Shown: positions 12,356-25,618 of the stretch, in pieces
Layout: every line of letters begins with the position of its first letter
How positions within the stretch are numbered: position 1 is the first letter of the stretch
Assembly (NCBI RefSeq): GCF_009914755.1
Contig: NC_060932.1
Source: the human T2T-CHM13v2.0 reference genome, Homo sapiens
DNA: 64,000 nucleotides
Strand: one strand, 5' to 3'
Notes under the pieces: generated by a model
What the model was told of the DNA's origin: nothing
What the model saw: only the letters and a program-made list of their open reading frames with translations
Databases searched by the model: none
Position numbers and translations under genes: made by a program

Positions 12356-14429
12356 AGACTGCAGAGCTCAGCCCCATCTATGCTTAACACTGCATTAGGT
12401 TTGCCAGGTAGTGGTGAAAAAGATACAAGTCTTTGTCCTTGAGTAGCTCAGAGTCCTACGGGGCAGGTGGACGAGTAAACAGACCATGACAATAAAGTTG
12501 AGGTCGATGCTGTGAGAAGGAGAGACCTGGGACTCAACAGGAAGGCAGACTTGCAGCATCTTACCCAAGCTTGGCAGTGGGAACCAGGAAAGCTTCTGGA
12601 AGCAGGGATCCTGGGCTGAGTCTTAAAGAATAAGCAAGCAGATAGCAGGCCTGTGTGCTACAGATTCTACCCTGGATCACAGCAGCCCACTTGGTTAGAG
12701 CTTTTCCCCTGTGCAACTCTGTCCTCACAGCTCAGCCTGGCCAGGTACCCTGATCACCTGATGGAATGATGAAGAAAGCAGATGGGAGCCCAGCATCCCT
12801 ACATCCCCATGCCTGTGGGTCTGGATGACATTGTTGCCCCAAGGCCTCCCCAAGTTTCATTCTGATTTTCTGCAAGGTAAATAGGGCCCTGTCAAAAACC
12901 TAGAATTTGCTGACCTTGCCTCGTTCATCAGTTTAAAGGCGACAAGTGAAGGCGGGTAGGAGGGGGCTGGGTGGAGGCTCCCGGGACTCTTCTGGGCTCA
13001 TTTGAAGTGGGAAATGCTAAGTCTGCCATATTTAGTGGCAGGCCTGGGAGTGTAGTTGAAATCACAGAAGCAGCACTTCCCCTTGACTCTGCCATGCCCT
13101 TTAACACTGCCTCTGGGCCTTGCTAAGTGGTGGCTCCCTCCTCACCATGGACAGGGGCCAAGGGACCAGCAAAGATTCTCAGACAGCTCCTTGCCTGCCA
13201 CGCCTGTGGATTTCTCTCCTTTTCCTCCCTCTTACTTTGAAAGCTATTGGCTTTCTTCATGTGGGGTCTCTAAAGGTTCTTTGGGGGCTGTGAAAAACCT
13301 GTTCAAAAGGGAGCACTGGTGAGAGAGGACAGGAGGAAGGAACAGCCTCTAATGGAACCCGAAGTCTCAGTAAATGCCTGTGGGCCCCCAGACCTCATTC
13401 CCCTATTGTCAGCTGCCTTTTAAGAGACAAAATCTTGATGACTGGTCAAGATGGCTAATTGGAAGTTATCCCCTTACACAACATTCTTGGACTAAAAGCT
13501 TTCTCAGTTCTTTGAGACTGTGGCTTTCACAGATGTCAATTTGATCCTTTGATTATGTTTGAGCTCAGCACCAGGTCTCCTGGGAATTGCTGAGTACCTT
13601 GCCCATTTCTTCGGGGCCTGGCAACAGCTGGGATTTAAATCTGCCAGTGAAGATGTTTTCTTCTCCACCTACTAGCATCTGATCAAAGTCTTGGTCCATC
13701 AATTACTAAAAATAATAGTAATAAATAAATAAATAATAGTAATAATAAAATAATAAAAGCTGCAGAATCAACACTTAAAAAAAACTCTTCTCCTTGCCAT
13801 TTCAGGATGTCTAATTAATGATGTGAGTGGGTAATTTGCTGCAGTGCTCACTGATTAATTTATCAAATGCCGAAGCCTTTCCCGTATGCCTCTCAGTCCA
13901 ATTAGTTAAGCGTTAGATGTGACAGGCAAGGCAGTGTCTCTAGGAAACCCCCTGCCTCTCCTGATCGTGGTCTCCCTGCTTTGAACATCCCCTGTGGCTC
14001 AATTTCTCTCCCTATTACTCCTGGGTGAATAGCCCACAGTTTGTTCCTAAGTACCCAGCACATCCCACCCTCTCTGTCATGAGTGGTTCAAAGCAGGCTG
14101 TAGCTCAGGACAAAGCCACAAACTCATGAGATGTCTCAGAAGGGCCACAGCCACTGATTCCCTGATGCTACTCCTCAGCCCACAACTTGATTAGACTCAG
14201 TGTAGCTCTTTACAACAGACCCACTTATGTTGTTCTCTAATTAATTACAAGCAAGGCCTCGCCTGTGCCTGGTGTATTGTCTTTTGCAGAGTGGCTTTCA
14301 CACCTGTTGTGATGAAGACTCAAGGATAGTAATTATTATCATCTCTATCAGAGAAGAAAACTGATGCTTAGACAGGAGGATGCCAGTTGTCCAAGTTCAC
14401 TGCATCATGGATCTGATTGACAATTTTGA

Positions 14430-14820
14430 TGTGTAACACGCCAACCTAAATCTCTGTGGCAGTCAATAAGGAGCATTTATTCAGCTCACTTTTCTATGTG
14501 TTAGCTGTGAGCTGGCTGATTTTGACTGGATCTCGCTGGGGTAGCTTTGTTCTGCTCTGTGAGTTTCTCATTCTCCTGGAACAGAGGGTGGGCCTAGATG
14601 TGTTATTTTCATGGTGATGGTAGAGACACAGGAGCCTAGACTTCCTGGCACAGATTCTTATTTCTCATTCTATCGGCCAAAAGATGTATCTAACTGAACC
14701 AAATCAAGGATTGGGGAAATATACTCTGCTCCCATTAGTGGGAGGAACTGGTAAGTCAAAGGACGGGAGACATTCATCAAGGAGGGATAAAGAATCATGG
14801 CTAACAGTGCAGTCTACCAC
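14430..14820 (-). mobile_element. Old MLT1 (MLT1I/J-like) LTR
   Basis: acctaaatctctgtggc...agcatttattcagctcac...cattctatcggccaaaag...ggggaaatatactctgctccc...gtctaccaca. Confidence 0.65.
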
Positions 14821-15066
14821 AGTCAGATGGGGAGAAGAAACAGCCAAAACTCTAACCATGGTTTTGCTCCATGTCTTTTATCTTTTCACTGCACAAATAT
14901 TTTGAAGATGCCTACAGTATACCAGGCACTTTAAAGGATAGCGCAGTGAATAAGCAAGACAGTTTCTGTTGTTATAAAGGTTAATTTCTAATAAAAAGAG
15001 GCAGAAAATGATTTTTTAAAAATCATTTAGTTTTAAAAATCAGCTAGTCATATAGACAATGTAGAG

Positions 15067-15272
15067 CAGGAAATAGAAATCCTCTATGAAAGGCCAGATA
15101 GTAAATATTTTAGATTCTGGGAGCTACAGAGTCTATGTTGCAACTAGTCATCTCATAGCTGCAGCATGAAAGGAGCCAAAGACTGAACAGGTGAGGCTGT
15201 GTTATAAAACTTTATTTACAAAGAGAAGTGGGGATAATATTTGGCCTGGGGGTTGAAGTGTGCCAACCCCTG
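15067..15272 (-). mobile_element. MER58A hAT-Charlie MITE
   Basis: aaggccagatagtaaatattttag...aaaactttatttacaaa...tgccaacccctg matches the reverse complement of MER58A. Confidence 0.85.
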
Positions 15273-15597
15273 ATTCACAGAATTTAAAACAGCGATGGGA
15301 TAGAAGGAGCAGGAGCAGTGACTTCAGAGTGGGTAATAGAATGGATTCGTTTGGGGCTATGATGTTTAGATAAAAAATTAAATAACAAGAGGGAATCAGT
15401 TAGGTGAAAGTCATGTGTAAGTGGGTCCAGGCTATGGGAAGAACTAGCACAAAGGCCTTAGGGTGAGAAGAATCTGACGTGTGCTTGTGTGAAGCAAAAG
15501 ACCAGTGTGGCTGGAGCGCATGGGAGAGAGGGAGAGAGGAAGAGGAGCTAATAGCTAAATTAGTACATGTGGGCTTTATTCTAAGTGTAATAAGAAG

Positions 15598-16077
15598 TGT
15601 AAAGGAAAAATTTTTCACTGGACACTTGTCAAAAATGACAAGATAGATTTTACTTGAGCTACTATAGTAGGAAAAAGAGGGACCTGAGACTCAATGTAGA
15701 TGTACAGGATTCCGCTCTACATTGTATAATTTGGAACTGAACTCAACTCCAAATAGAGCAAAGATTGCTGAGGAATTTATAGCCAAGGAGCAAAGTGAGG
15801 GGGTCATCAGATGGAAAATTACTAACAGGAGCTTGATCAGACATCAAGGGTAGGGGAATTCTTGCTAAACTATCTTAAGAAGATTCTTGCTGAAGGCAGG
15901 TTAAGGATTTACATATCAAGGGTAGAGAATGAGGAACTTCATCAGATATGAGGGTTGAGGATTTTCACTAAACTGGGCTTAGCAGACCAAGGTCAGGGTG
16001 GGCAAGCCAATGGCCTAGTCAAGAAGATGGCTCAGAGGAGCCAGACTAAAGCTTGGTCAAGGATGAAGTCTTTATTA
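15598..16077 (-). mobile_element. MER31 (ERV1) solo LTR
   Basis: The reverse complement begins ...ccttgaccaagctttagtctggctcctctgagccatcttcttgactaggcc (MER31 5' signature). Perfect 4-bp TSD GAAG at 15594-15597 and 16078-16081. Confidence 0.85.
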
Positions 16078-16899
16078 GAAGTCCCTGTAGGATTTTGAGC
16101 AGAGAAGTGAGGTGATCTCATTTATAATTGATCAGATTGGCTGCTATTTCCATATTTATTACAAGGAGACAAGAGTAGAAATGGGGAAGTAGTTAGGAGA
16201 GAGGTGTTGGTGACTTAGACAAGAGGTATATCAGTGAAATGGACAAAAGCATATGGGTTAGGAGGTGTTTAGAAAGGTGGTTAATGGAAACTTCCAACTG
16301 GTTGGACATAGGAGTTGAATAAAAGGACAAATCCAAGATTAGCCCTAGAATTTGGATTGAGCACATGGAAGGAGTGCTGTGATCTTACTGAAATGGAGAA
16401 GCCTTGGGGAGGAACAGCTTTGTAGGGCAGGAAGGAATAGAATTCTATTTGGTTCAGGTAAAGTTAGAGATGGTATTAGACATCTATGAAGAGATGTAAA
16501 GTAGAAAATGGATCTATGAACCTAGAGTTCTGTGGAAAAGTTCTGTCTGAAGATACAGGTTTGAGAAGCTATCTGTATGTAGATCGCATTTAAAGTCATA
16601 GGGATTGCTGAGATTACTTAGGAATAGTGTTGAGATAAAGAAGAGAAGTTCTCCAAAGATTGATTTCTAGGCCATCCTAATATTAGAGATTGGGAAAAGA
16701 AGAGGAAACCAGCTAAGAAGACTAAGAGGAAGTAACCAGTGATGTCAAAGGAAAACCAAGAGAATGAGGTGCCACAATATTTAAGAAAAAGGATGACTAG
16801 TTGACGGTGTTTGCTGTTGCTGAGAAATACAAAATGATATAGCTGAACTTCTTTCAGCCTCTGATCACCACTTTTAGTGAGTGGTGAGGATATCACTAG

Positions 16900-17470
16900 T
16901 ATTTAAATCATCCCACCTATGACAAAGGTACAATATCTGTGCTAAAAGTATAAATTATTTACTAAAAGATACTGGGAATATTGACTCATGATATATTTTA
17001 AAATTAGATCCCTGCCTCACACGATACAGGAAACCTTTGTTTTCATAGAAACATAAATATGATGGGCAGAACTATAAATATATTGGAAAATGTAGGAACT
17101 TATCTTTCAGATTTTGAGGTGGAGAATAATTTCTTTGAAAATTCTTGAAAGGAACTATAAGAAAAAGAAATGGATTTGACTACATCAAGTATTAATATAA
17201 GGTTGCTGTTCAGGAATGAAACCATAGACAAAGTTAAAAAATAACCTGCTAAGACCGAGATAATATATTTTCAAAATATATAACTGACAAACTATTTTGA
17301 GCATCTAAATTTTGAATATCAGCAAGAAAAAATTAGGCACCTTAAGATTTTTTCTCTGAATAACAAAAAAGGATATGAATAGATAATTCAAAAAATAGCA
17401 ACCAAGTATATGATGGGTTAAGTTAATCAGAACAATGCAAATTAAAATGCTAAGGAGCCATCACTGTAAA
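16900..17470 (+). mobile_element. Ancient L1M (L1ME-like) ORF2 3' fragment
   Basis: aaaattagatccctgcctcacacgatac...aactataaatatattggaaaatgtagga...ttgactacatcaa...aatgcaaattaaaa motifs. Confidence 0.7.
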
Positions 17471-17661
17471 TGATAACTAGTTAGCAAAATAGGCACCACA
17501 ATAGAACCTGCAGAGTATTGAACACTAGTCCTAATGAAGGAATGATTGGTTTCATGTGATAAGAGCAAGCAGCGCCTACCTGGAGGCAATGCTTTGAGCT
17601 GTGTTTTGCTGGATGCATGGAAATCCAACAGACAGAGAGGGATGATTGGAATCAGGAGGTG

Positions 17662-18018
17662 CAGTAGCCTCCTCTTATCCACAATTTAGCTTTCTGTAGT
17701 TTCAATTATCCATGATCAACTGTGGTCCAAAAGTAAATGGAAAATTCCAGAAATTAGCAATTCATGAGTTTTAAATTGCTCACTATTCTGTGTAGCACAA
17801 TGAAATCTCTTGCCATTCTGCCCCGTCCACCTGATATTTGGATCATCCCTTTGTTCATATACACACAGTATATGCTATCTGCCTGTTAGTCACTTAGTGG
17901 CCATTTTAGTTTTCAGATGGAAAAAAGCTACTGTATTCAGAGTTCAGTGCTGTGCACTGTTTTGAGCATCGACTGGGGATCTTGGAACATATCTCCCAAG
18001 GATAAAGGGGGACAACTG
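17662..18018 (+). mobile_element. MER44A TcMar-Tigger MITE
   Basis: TIRs cagtagcctcctcttatcc / ggataaagggggacaactg followed by TA; internal aaatggaaaattccagaaat...gttagtcacttagt matches MER44. Confidence 0.9.
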
Positions 18019-18649
18019 TAATTGATCAGAAGAATAGAGTTGCAAATATACCAATAGAAATGATTTTTGATTACACCTTTTGCAATGAAATGTCAGTTAC
18101 CAATAACCCCACCCAATGCCTTAGGGACAAGTTGGGAGGCCACGTGTCCAAGAATGACTCCTGGAAATGGCTAATGTGTGGAAGAAAATCCCAAGGGCAA
18201 AGCACCCATTACTAAAATGTGATGTTCTGAGCTATACAATTAGAGATTTTGCAACCACTGAGTCAGTGTAGGGACAGCAGGCAAGCAGATGCTCCACAGT
18301 ATGCTTTGAGAGATGCTTGAAAGGCACCCAACTTCTCCAAAATCCTGAAGGCATCTAAAACTTCTGTGTTAAGTGTTAAGGCCCTGGCACTCTCAGTTAA
18401 ATACGAGCAATGTCTAGGAAGAGTAAGGCATGGATCAGATTTGAATTTTGATGAGAGGGGAAAGCCTGAATTTGATGGGATCTGAGGCTGAGGAAAATTT
18501 TACAGAGCAAGATTCACAGCTACTGGTGACACTGGGAACTTGGCAGGGAAGTCCTGATATGGGGAGTTAGAGGCTTCTGAAACATGTTCTGATGGAGTGG
18601 CTTTTAGTAACAAAACTTGATGAGCTTTAGTTATTCCTCCGTTCCTCTC

Positions 18650-19470
18650 TCAATCCATTTATTCATTTGTCAATTAGTTATTGAACACATTCTGTATTCT
18701 AGGCAGTTCACAGGGCACCTTGACCCTGACTACATAGGGCTTGGAGTCTAATGGGCGAGGTAGATAATACTTGTGCCAACAATAAAATTAAGCTTGCAGC
18801 TGTGATTGGGTTGGGGGGGGTCACTGTTCTTCAAGAGTGTGTAATGGGGAGTTTTGACGTACTCAAGGGTATCTGGGAAGGCTTCCATGAGAAAGTGACA
18901 ATTGAGCTCTACAGCATGGGAAGGACTTCACTAGGTAAAAACACCAGGAAAGAACCTCCATGCAGAGAGACCAGCCTGTACAAAGGTGCTGCGGCTGGAG
19001 GGAGCCTGGAGAAATGAGTTCAGGATGTCTTGAGCAAGACAGTGAAGAAAAGGATTGAGATGTACAGAAGAAAAGGGAGCCACATCTCCTGGGGCATTTT
19101 AGGCTGTGCTAAGCACATTTGCATTTGTCCCAGGCATAATGAAAAGTCAATTAAGTGTTTTAAGCCAAGAAGTGACATAGTTTTGCATTTCAAAATGATC
19201 ATTTTGACTGCTTTGTGGAAAATCGCTTTAAGGGGGCCAAGCTGAGAGCCAGGTGAAGGGAGTATGGCATTGCTCAGATAAGAGACAACGATGGTTTAAG
19301 CTAGAATGGTGGCTGAAGAAATAGAGTGAAGTGGATAAATGTAAAACATACTTCAAAGATAACATGGTCAAGGCTTGGATATGGGCTGATGAGAGGGAGA
19401 GAGGTATTAAGGAGGACACTTTGATTCTGGATTGCTCAACCAGATGACAGGGTAGTTCACTGAGCCCAGG
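18650..19470 (-). mobile_element. L2 LINE fragment
   Basis: catttattcatt...attgaacacattctg start; ggaaggcttccatgagaaagtgaca...gttttaagccaagaagtgacatag...ttgactgctttgtgga. Confidence 0.8.
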
Positions 19471-20633
19471 GTCCTGGAAAAGATCTAGTTGTCTATAAAA
19501 TGGGGATAACCTTGCCAATCCTGCTTTTCTCACAAATTTGCTGCCAAGCTTCAACGAGATAAAGTGTGTGACAATGCTTTGTAAATGATGTGGTGCTGTA
19601 GACATATAAACTATTATTATTCACCCACTTGCTGGCCTTAATGGCTCAGCAGTACCCTGTGAACCAAATTTTCTAAGTAAATCTAAGTTCTCACTGGGGA
19701 GCAAACAAAATAAGTTAAACCCATCTTGGCAACAATCAGAAAAATCAGGCATAATAAAATCCTTGGGGCAGAAAAATGTCTTTTGCCAAAACTACAGCCC
19801 ACTCAGAAAAGTCAAGTTCCAAGTTTCCAACTCAGATGAAATGTTTCACAGTTCTACTTCTTCTCATAGTTGGCAAGTGACAATATAGCAAACGGAGGAA
19901 GCTTCCCTGATTATTAGACTTTCTGGACCTCTTTTGTCTTGCAAAACAATATTTTGAATGACACCCAAGTGATTCAGAAGTAAAGACTCAACTGACTTAC
20001 CAATACTGACAACGTGGCATGCATCATGTGTTATGAATTTTTCCTCCTTTCTAAGAAGACATCTTTTAGTCTTTGCTGACTTGGAATGTGATGCAACTAA
20101 TGGGTTTTGTTTTCATGGGGTACCTATTATTTCCACAGATAATGGCAGCTCTGAGGAAACTCAAGGGCATGGAGCCATCACCAAGTTATGTACATCAAAT
20201 TTCCAGCCAGATTCATTACTTGCATGAAAAAGCCCCTTAGTTTTTAACAACACTGTGGATCTCCCTGTGCTCAGTGCATCTGAGAACAAAATTCATGCTC
20301 ACACTAATGGACCATCAGGATCCAACCATTCTTCTTCCATTTGGTGTTCTCTCTCACCACTTCCCACAATGTCCTCTGACCCTACAGAATATTCCTTACC
20401 ATGACCCATGCTGGCCTTGGCTTCTGGCTAACTTTTCATTCTTCCAGATTCAGCAAAGGCATTTTCTCTTCCATGAAGTCATCCCCAGCTCCTCACCTGA
20501 GCTTTCTTAGGAACCTGGTTTTACCTCTAGCAGAGCATATACCACATGGGTTGGGGTTTGTAGGAAGGTAGGCCCTGGCATGGAACCTCTAATTTTACTT
20601 CACTCACTCTGTCTACAACCTTGGCTCAGTTAC

Positions 20634-21102
20634 TGTTGTTGACTGTTTTATTAATGGTCCCCCCACAAATCACACCTGCCAATACCCACACCCTTGCATG
20701 GGTCCCCTCCTACACTAATTCTGGGCTTGGCTGTGTGAACTTGCTTTGACCAATGGGGCATCAGTAAACTCTGCCCAAGAAGAGGTTTGAGAAGCACTGG
20801 TGCATAAGATCTTGTGATCTTGGAATGCTGCCGTGACCTAAGAAACTCGCTCGAGAGACCACATAGAGTAGACCTTAGGTGACAGTCTTCATCGACTGCC
20901 AGATGTGAGTGAATCCTTTTTCAACATCTCTCCCCCATTGAGCCTTCAGAATAATGCAGCCATTTGAGTGACCCTGGGGAGACTAGCCTGCCCACTTGAA
21001 CCCAGTCCAAATTGCAGAATTATAGACAAATAAATGATAGTTATTTCAAACCAATGAGTTTGGGGAGTACTGATACACAGCAATAGAGAACTGAAATACC
21101 CA
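20634..21102 (+). mobile_element. MLT1 (MLT1H/I-like) MaLR solo LTR inserted in a MIR
   Basis: TG...CA termini with perfect 5-bp TSD GTTAC (20629-20633 / 21103-21107); ctgggcttggctgtgtga...ttgaccaatgg...aataaatg...cagcaatagagaactga. Confidence 0.8.
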
Positions 21103-21179
21103 GTTACCTGGGTTCACCTCTACCAGAGTACTGACCACGGAAGTTGAGTTTCTAGTAACACCTGACTTTGAATCCCTAA

Positions 21180-21545
<366 letters not shown>

Positions 21546-22026
21546 TAGGCTCATCATCTGTAAAACAGGCACAATGCTGCTTACATCAGAAGGCTTTATG
21601 AAGATAAAAATAAATAATGTGGACAAATTGCTAAGTGCAGTTTCTAGCATAGAATACTCAGTAAAAGTAAAGGGAGTAAATATTATTATGTTGAAATCCA
21701 TTCCTCTTATTGGTCTGGAGCTTCTCGATCACTAGAATTAATCATTAATCAACTCAGTATTCCCAGGCATATCACAGTGACTGGGGCAGATGAAGGTCTA
21801 AGTCAGTGTTTATCAAATGAATAAATGAATTAATGATGTCCTTTCTGGTTTAGTTGGGAGTTTTTACACTAATACTCAAAAGATTGTGTTTCTGTGACCT
21901 CAGTGGAAACCCATTAGTGAGTGGCCTGTTGGATGAATAAACAAATGACCTCAGAGAGCCAGAGACATGGAGCAGCTACATTTGGCATTTAGACTTTCAC
22001 CCCTCCTGAATGAGTTGGACCTATTG

Positions 22027-22175
22027 CATGGTTCTCAAACTTGGCTGCACAATAGAACCCCCTGATACCTGGTTCCCAAAGACTGATGTGATTGGTCTGG
22101 GGTTTGACCTGGACATCAGGAGTTTTGAAAGCTCCCCAGGTGATTCTACTATGCACTCAAGTTTGAGAAGCACTG
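22027..22175. mobile_element. MER5A hAT-Charlie MITE
   Basis: catggttctcaaactt ... aagctccccaggtgattct ... aagtttgagaagcactg terminal inverted repeats. Confidence 0.85.
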
Positions 22176-22183
22176 CTTGGGAA

Positions 22184-22402
22184 CAGAGGTTCCCAAATTA
22201 TGGATCCACTGGCCAAATCCATTCCACGACCTACTTTTGTAAATAAAATTTTCTTGGAATGCTGCCGTATTTATTTGTTTATTGTCTATGGCTGCTTTTG
22301 TGCTATAATGACAGAGGTGAGTGGTTGTAACAGAGACCATGTGACCAACAAAGTCTAAAATATTAACCATTTGGCTGTTTACAGAATGTGTACAGACCTC
22401 TG
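22184..22402 (+). mobile_element. MER58A hAT-Charlie MITE
   Basis: ttttgtaaataaaattttcttggaa...ttgtctatggctgctttt...cagagacc...ctaaaatatt; approximate 8-bp TSD cttgggaa/ctttggac. Confidence 0.9.
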
Positions 22403-22559
22403 CTTTGGACCATTGGAAGATCATACCCCTCTATCTTCAGCTTTCACCATCACAGCTCCCAGCACCTCTTACTCAGTCATGCATGGTATCACCAGGTCTC
22501 TTTCCGACTCCATGACATTGTTATGAGAAATTTCACAGCTGAGTTAGGTAGTGTGTTAT

Positions 22560-23430
22560 AACTGCATTTCTACATTTTCTATCTTGACCAAAATTTTCTT
22601 TTTCTTCTAATGCTTGTCTTAATTGCCTTGTTTGCTTTGGTTTCTGTGTACATCTCACAGGTTGTCTGACATAGTTGTAAAATTCCTCTGGGCACAGCCA
22701 AATGCTTCAGATAGTCCCGCCCATATCTTGAAGCACTCCTTTTGCTATCCTCCACACCCTTGCTCTTCTGTGCTGGATTTACTTTTCTGGACCTTCATGT
22801 CTTCCCCTTTTTTGGTTTACTCACAATTTTTTCTTAATAGCGTCCCTATTTATGAAATGTCACACTTCCTCATTGCTCTTCTAGCTTTCTTTTTCATTCA
22901 TTTCTTCATCTTTACTTTTCTGCTTTTTTCCTACATTTACTTTGTCTTCTATTCATATATTGAATTTTTATTCTAATGCCAAATGTTTAATTTCCAAGAG
23001 TTCTTTCCTCTTTCCTGAATGTGTTTCAAATATGTTCTTATTTCTTAGGTGCACAGCTTATGTCTCTGAGTACGTTAATGGAGGACAGGAAAAGATATAG
23101 GGAATTAGTCGGGTGTTTTACTGGATATTTTTAAAAGGTGAATTAGGAAGCGTTAGATTCTTTTCTAAACTTTGAAACACTTCAGATAACTTGGGTGGCA
23201 TCTATTCACTGAAGGTTTGAAAGAATTCTTGTGAAAAACTGTCAGAAACCAGCGTCCTCTTCTTAATTTTTGTTTTACATCTTCCCCAGTTTTAGCTCTG
23301 GTTGTTGTTATATTGGGGCGTTTTTTCCTTCCATGATCAATATTGGTAATTTACAGTTTTTCAGGAAATAATGCATTTTATCCAGAGTTTCAAACATTCA
23401 AACACATTGTTCTCACTTAGCTGTTTAGAA
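22560..23430 (-). mobile_element. Ancient L1M fragments
   Basis: T-rich sequence with L1-antisense motifs (gaaggtttgaaagaattcttgtgaaaaact; attggtaatttacagtttttcaggaaa...cattttatccagagttttcaaa). Confidence 0.55.
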
Positions 23431-23739
23431 CTTCTCTGTATTTGGATACCTGGTCCTAATGTAGAGTGCAGGCTCAGGAGTGAGATGAATTTTTTTCCAA
23501 ATCTCAGATATTTCACTTACTGGCTCTGTGATTTTGAGCAAGTCAGTCAACCACTATAAGCTTCATCATAATTCTTCTGTATTGTGACAATTAAGCACAC
23601 AACCAATTTCAAGTATTTAGCAAATCTTGGTGAGTCTTCATTGAATATTATCTCTCTAGTAAACTAGAGCCTCAAGATTTTCCTATGTAGAACCACAAAC
23701 AATCTTAGGAGGAAGAGCAACAAAGCTTAACTGTACCAG

Positions 23740-24270
23740 ACAAAGTGATTCCCAACTTTGGGCCATTACACCATCTGTTTCCACTGCTGGGAATGATATT
23801 CTCCCATGTTTCCACATGGCTGACTCCTTGTTGTCATCCAGATGTGATCACAAATATTCCTTTCTCAAGAGTCCTTCCCCAGGGCTGTTGCCTACAGTTG
23901 TCCATGTTGTGCACTGCACAACTGCAGTGGGCACCATTCCCATCAAAATTTATGCTAATGGTGTCCACTAAAGTTGTACAGGCACAATCAGCCCAGTCAT
24001 GCTAGGTGGCCCTTGTCCTCTCTGACCATGCAATCTAATAACCCACAACCCCATCCCAGTCATTTTTTATTTCTCATCCTTTTTAACATTTATCCACAGT
24101 ACCTATCACTATCCAAAATAATAATCTCATTTAATTACATGTTTACTTGTTTGTTGTCTACCTGCCCACGCTAAAATGTAAGCTTCAGAAGATCACGGGT
24201 TGTCACTTTATTGTCCACGCTGTAGTCCCAATGTCTAGAAGAGTGCCTGGGACATCACAAATGTTCAGTA
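23740..24270 (+). mobile_element. L2a 3' end, interrupted by MER91
   Basis: ttgtttgttgtctacctgccc...taaaatgtaagcttc...gctgtagtcccaatgtctagaagagtgcctgggacat is the L2 3' terminus. Confidence 0.85.
23880..24014. mobile_element. MER91 hAT-Tip100 MITE
   Basis: cagggctg...gttgtgcactgcacaact...gggcaccatt...ggtggccct. Confidence 0.75.
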
Positions 24271-25195
24271 CATTTACATTAACTCTAAGGGCCAAATTGG
24301 AAAGAGGCATCAGAGAGGGACAGCAATGAGGAAGTGAAAAATCACAAGAAACCAGTGAATCAACTTTCTCTCTCTCTGCTCTTTGTCTCTGCTTCTCCTA
24401 TCTTTGCTGCTTCATCTTGTTCTCTGCAGGTCAGCTGTCCAGCTTTGTGCTCTACGTGCTGGGTGGATGATGGCTGCTCCCACACTTCCGAGTTACAGTT
24501 CCATCCACAAGGAGGCCACACTCAAATCTCTCTTAGGTCTGATCTCACACTTCAGAATGAGAAATTCATTTCAGTTTAAGCCATCACCGGTTCAATCAGC
24601 TATGTTCAGGAGATTGAGGCCATATGATAAAGCATAGCTAACAGTAAGAGGTAGCCTAGGGAATTTCTTGGAGAGCAGAGGTTTTCATGATCTAGATGGA
24701 CTCCAACATTGCTCATACAGGAGGGAGTGGAGCTGCAGGTTCAGGTAAGAGGTGATAAGTCCAAATGCTCAGAAGTGTTTGTGTGATAAGGATCCAGAGT
24801 TAGGCAGCTTTTGGTATTTGGCTGTGTGACATGGAGCACACATTTAGCTTTATTTTTCTTATTTGAGAAATGAAGGCACTGGATTCAATTATTTTTTTGG
24901 TTATTCCTGACCCTGGCATTTCCTGAGTCTTGTAATGTGCCAACTCCCAGGTTAATCAGCTCTCCCACTTGCCTTCAACTCATTCTCGAATCTCCATCTA
25001 CTAGTCCCACTGGCATTGGAAAGGCATAATGGAAAACTTCAACCTCCATACTGTCCACAAGAAGCCAGAAAATTCTGAGAAATCTGAGAACTAGGGGTAA
25101 AAAAAAAAAAGTTAAGATTCATAAAAAAAGAGATTGCTGTATTTTGAAACATAATGAAGATCACAAAAGAAGACAAATCAAAGATGTTCAGACTT

Positions 25196-25618
25196 TGATA
25201 TGGTTTGGATCTGTGTCCCCACCAAATTCTTCTGTGAAATTGTAATCCCTCATGTTGGAGGTGGGCCTGGAGGGAAGTGATTAAATCATGGGGTTGGTTT
25301 CTCCTGAATGGTTTAGCACCATCCCTCTTGGTACTGTCCTCATGATAGTGAGTGAGTTCTTGTGAGATCTGATCATTTAAAATGTGTGGCACTTGTCCCT
25401 CTCTCTCTTGCTCCTGCTCTGGCCATGTGATGGGTGTGCTTCCCCTTTGCCTTCCACCATGTTTGTAAGATTCCTGAGGCCTCCCCAGGAGGTGAGCAGG
25501 TGCCAGAATCATATTTCCTGTATAGCCTGTGGAACCATGAGCTAATTAAACCTTTTTTCTTTGTAAATTACCCAGTATTGGGTAATTATTTATAGCGATG
25601 TGAGAATGGCCAAATACA
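25196..25618 (+). mobile_element. MSTA MaLR solo LTR
   Basis: TGATATGGTTTGGATCTGTGTCCCCACC ... GAATGGTTTAGCACCATCCC ... AATACA, ~423 bp; TSD gactt/gacct. Confidence 0.93.

Larger units (their letters stand above)
14900..16830 (-). mobile_element. L2 LINE, interrupted by MER58A and MER31
   Basis: Continuous antisense L2 motifs (ataccaggcact..., cacaaaggcc..., gattttgagcagagaagtga..., gtcaaaggaaaaccaagagaatgaggtg) resume on both sides of each insertion. Confidence 0.8.

Noticed and set aside
25039-25512. Longest ORF in the track (157 aa), and the 154-aa ORF at 58552-59016
   Set aside because: They are antisense readings through MSTA, THE1 and L2 sequence with no domain-like content.
25566-25587. 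Hairpin aattaccca-gtat-tgggtaatt inside the MSTA LTR
   Set aside because: The stem is only 9 bp and is reachable by a few substitutions from the LTR consensus.
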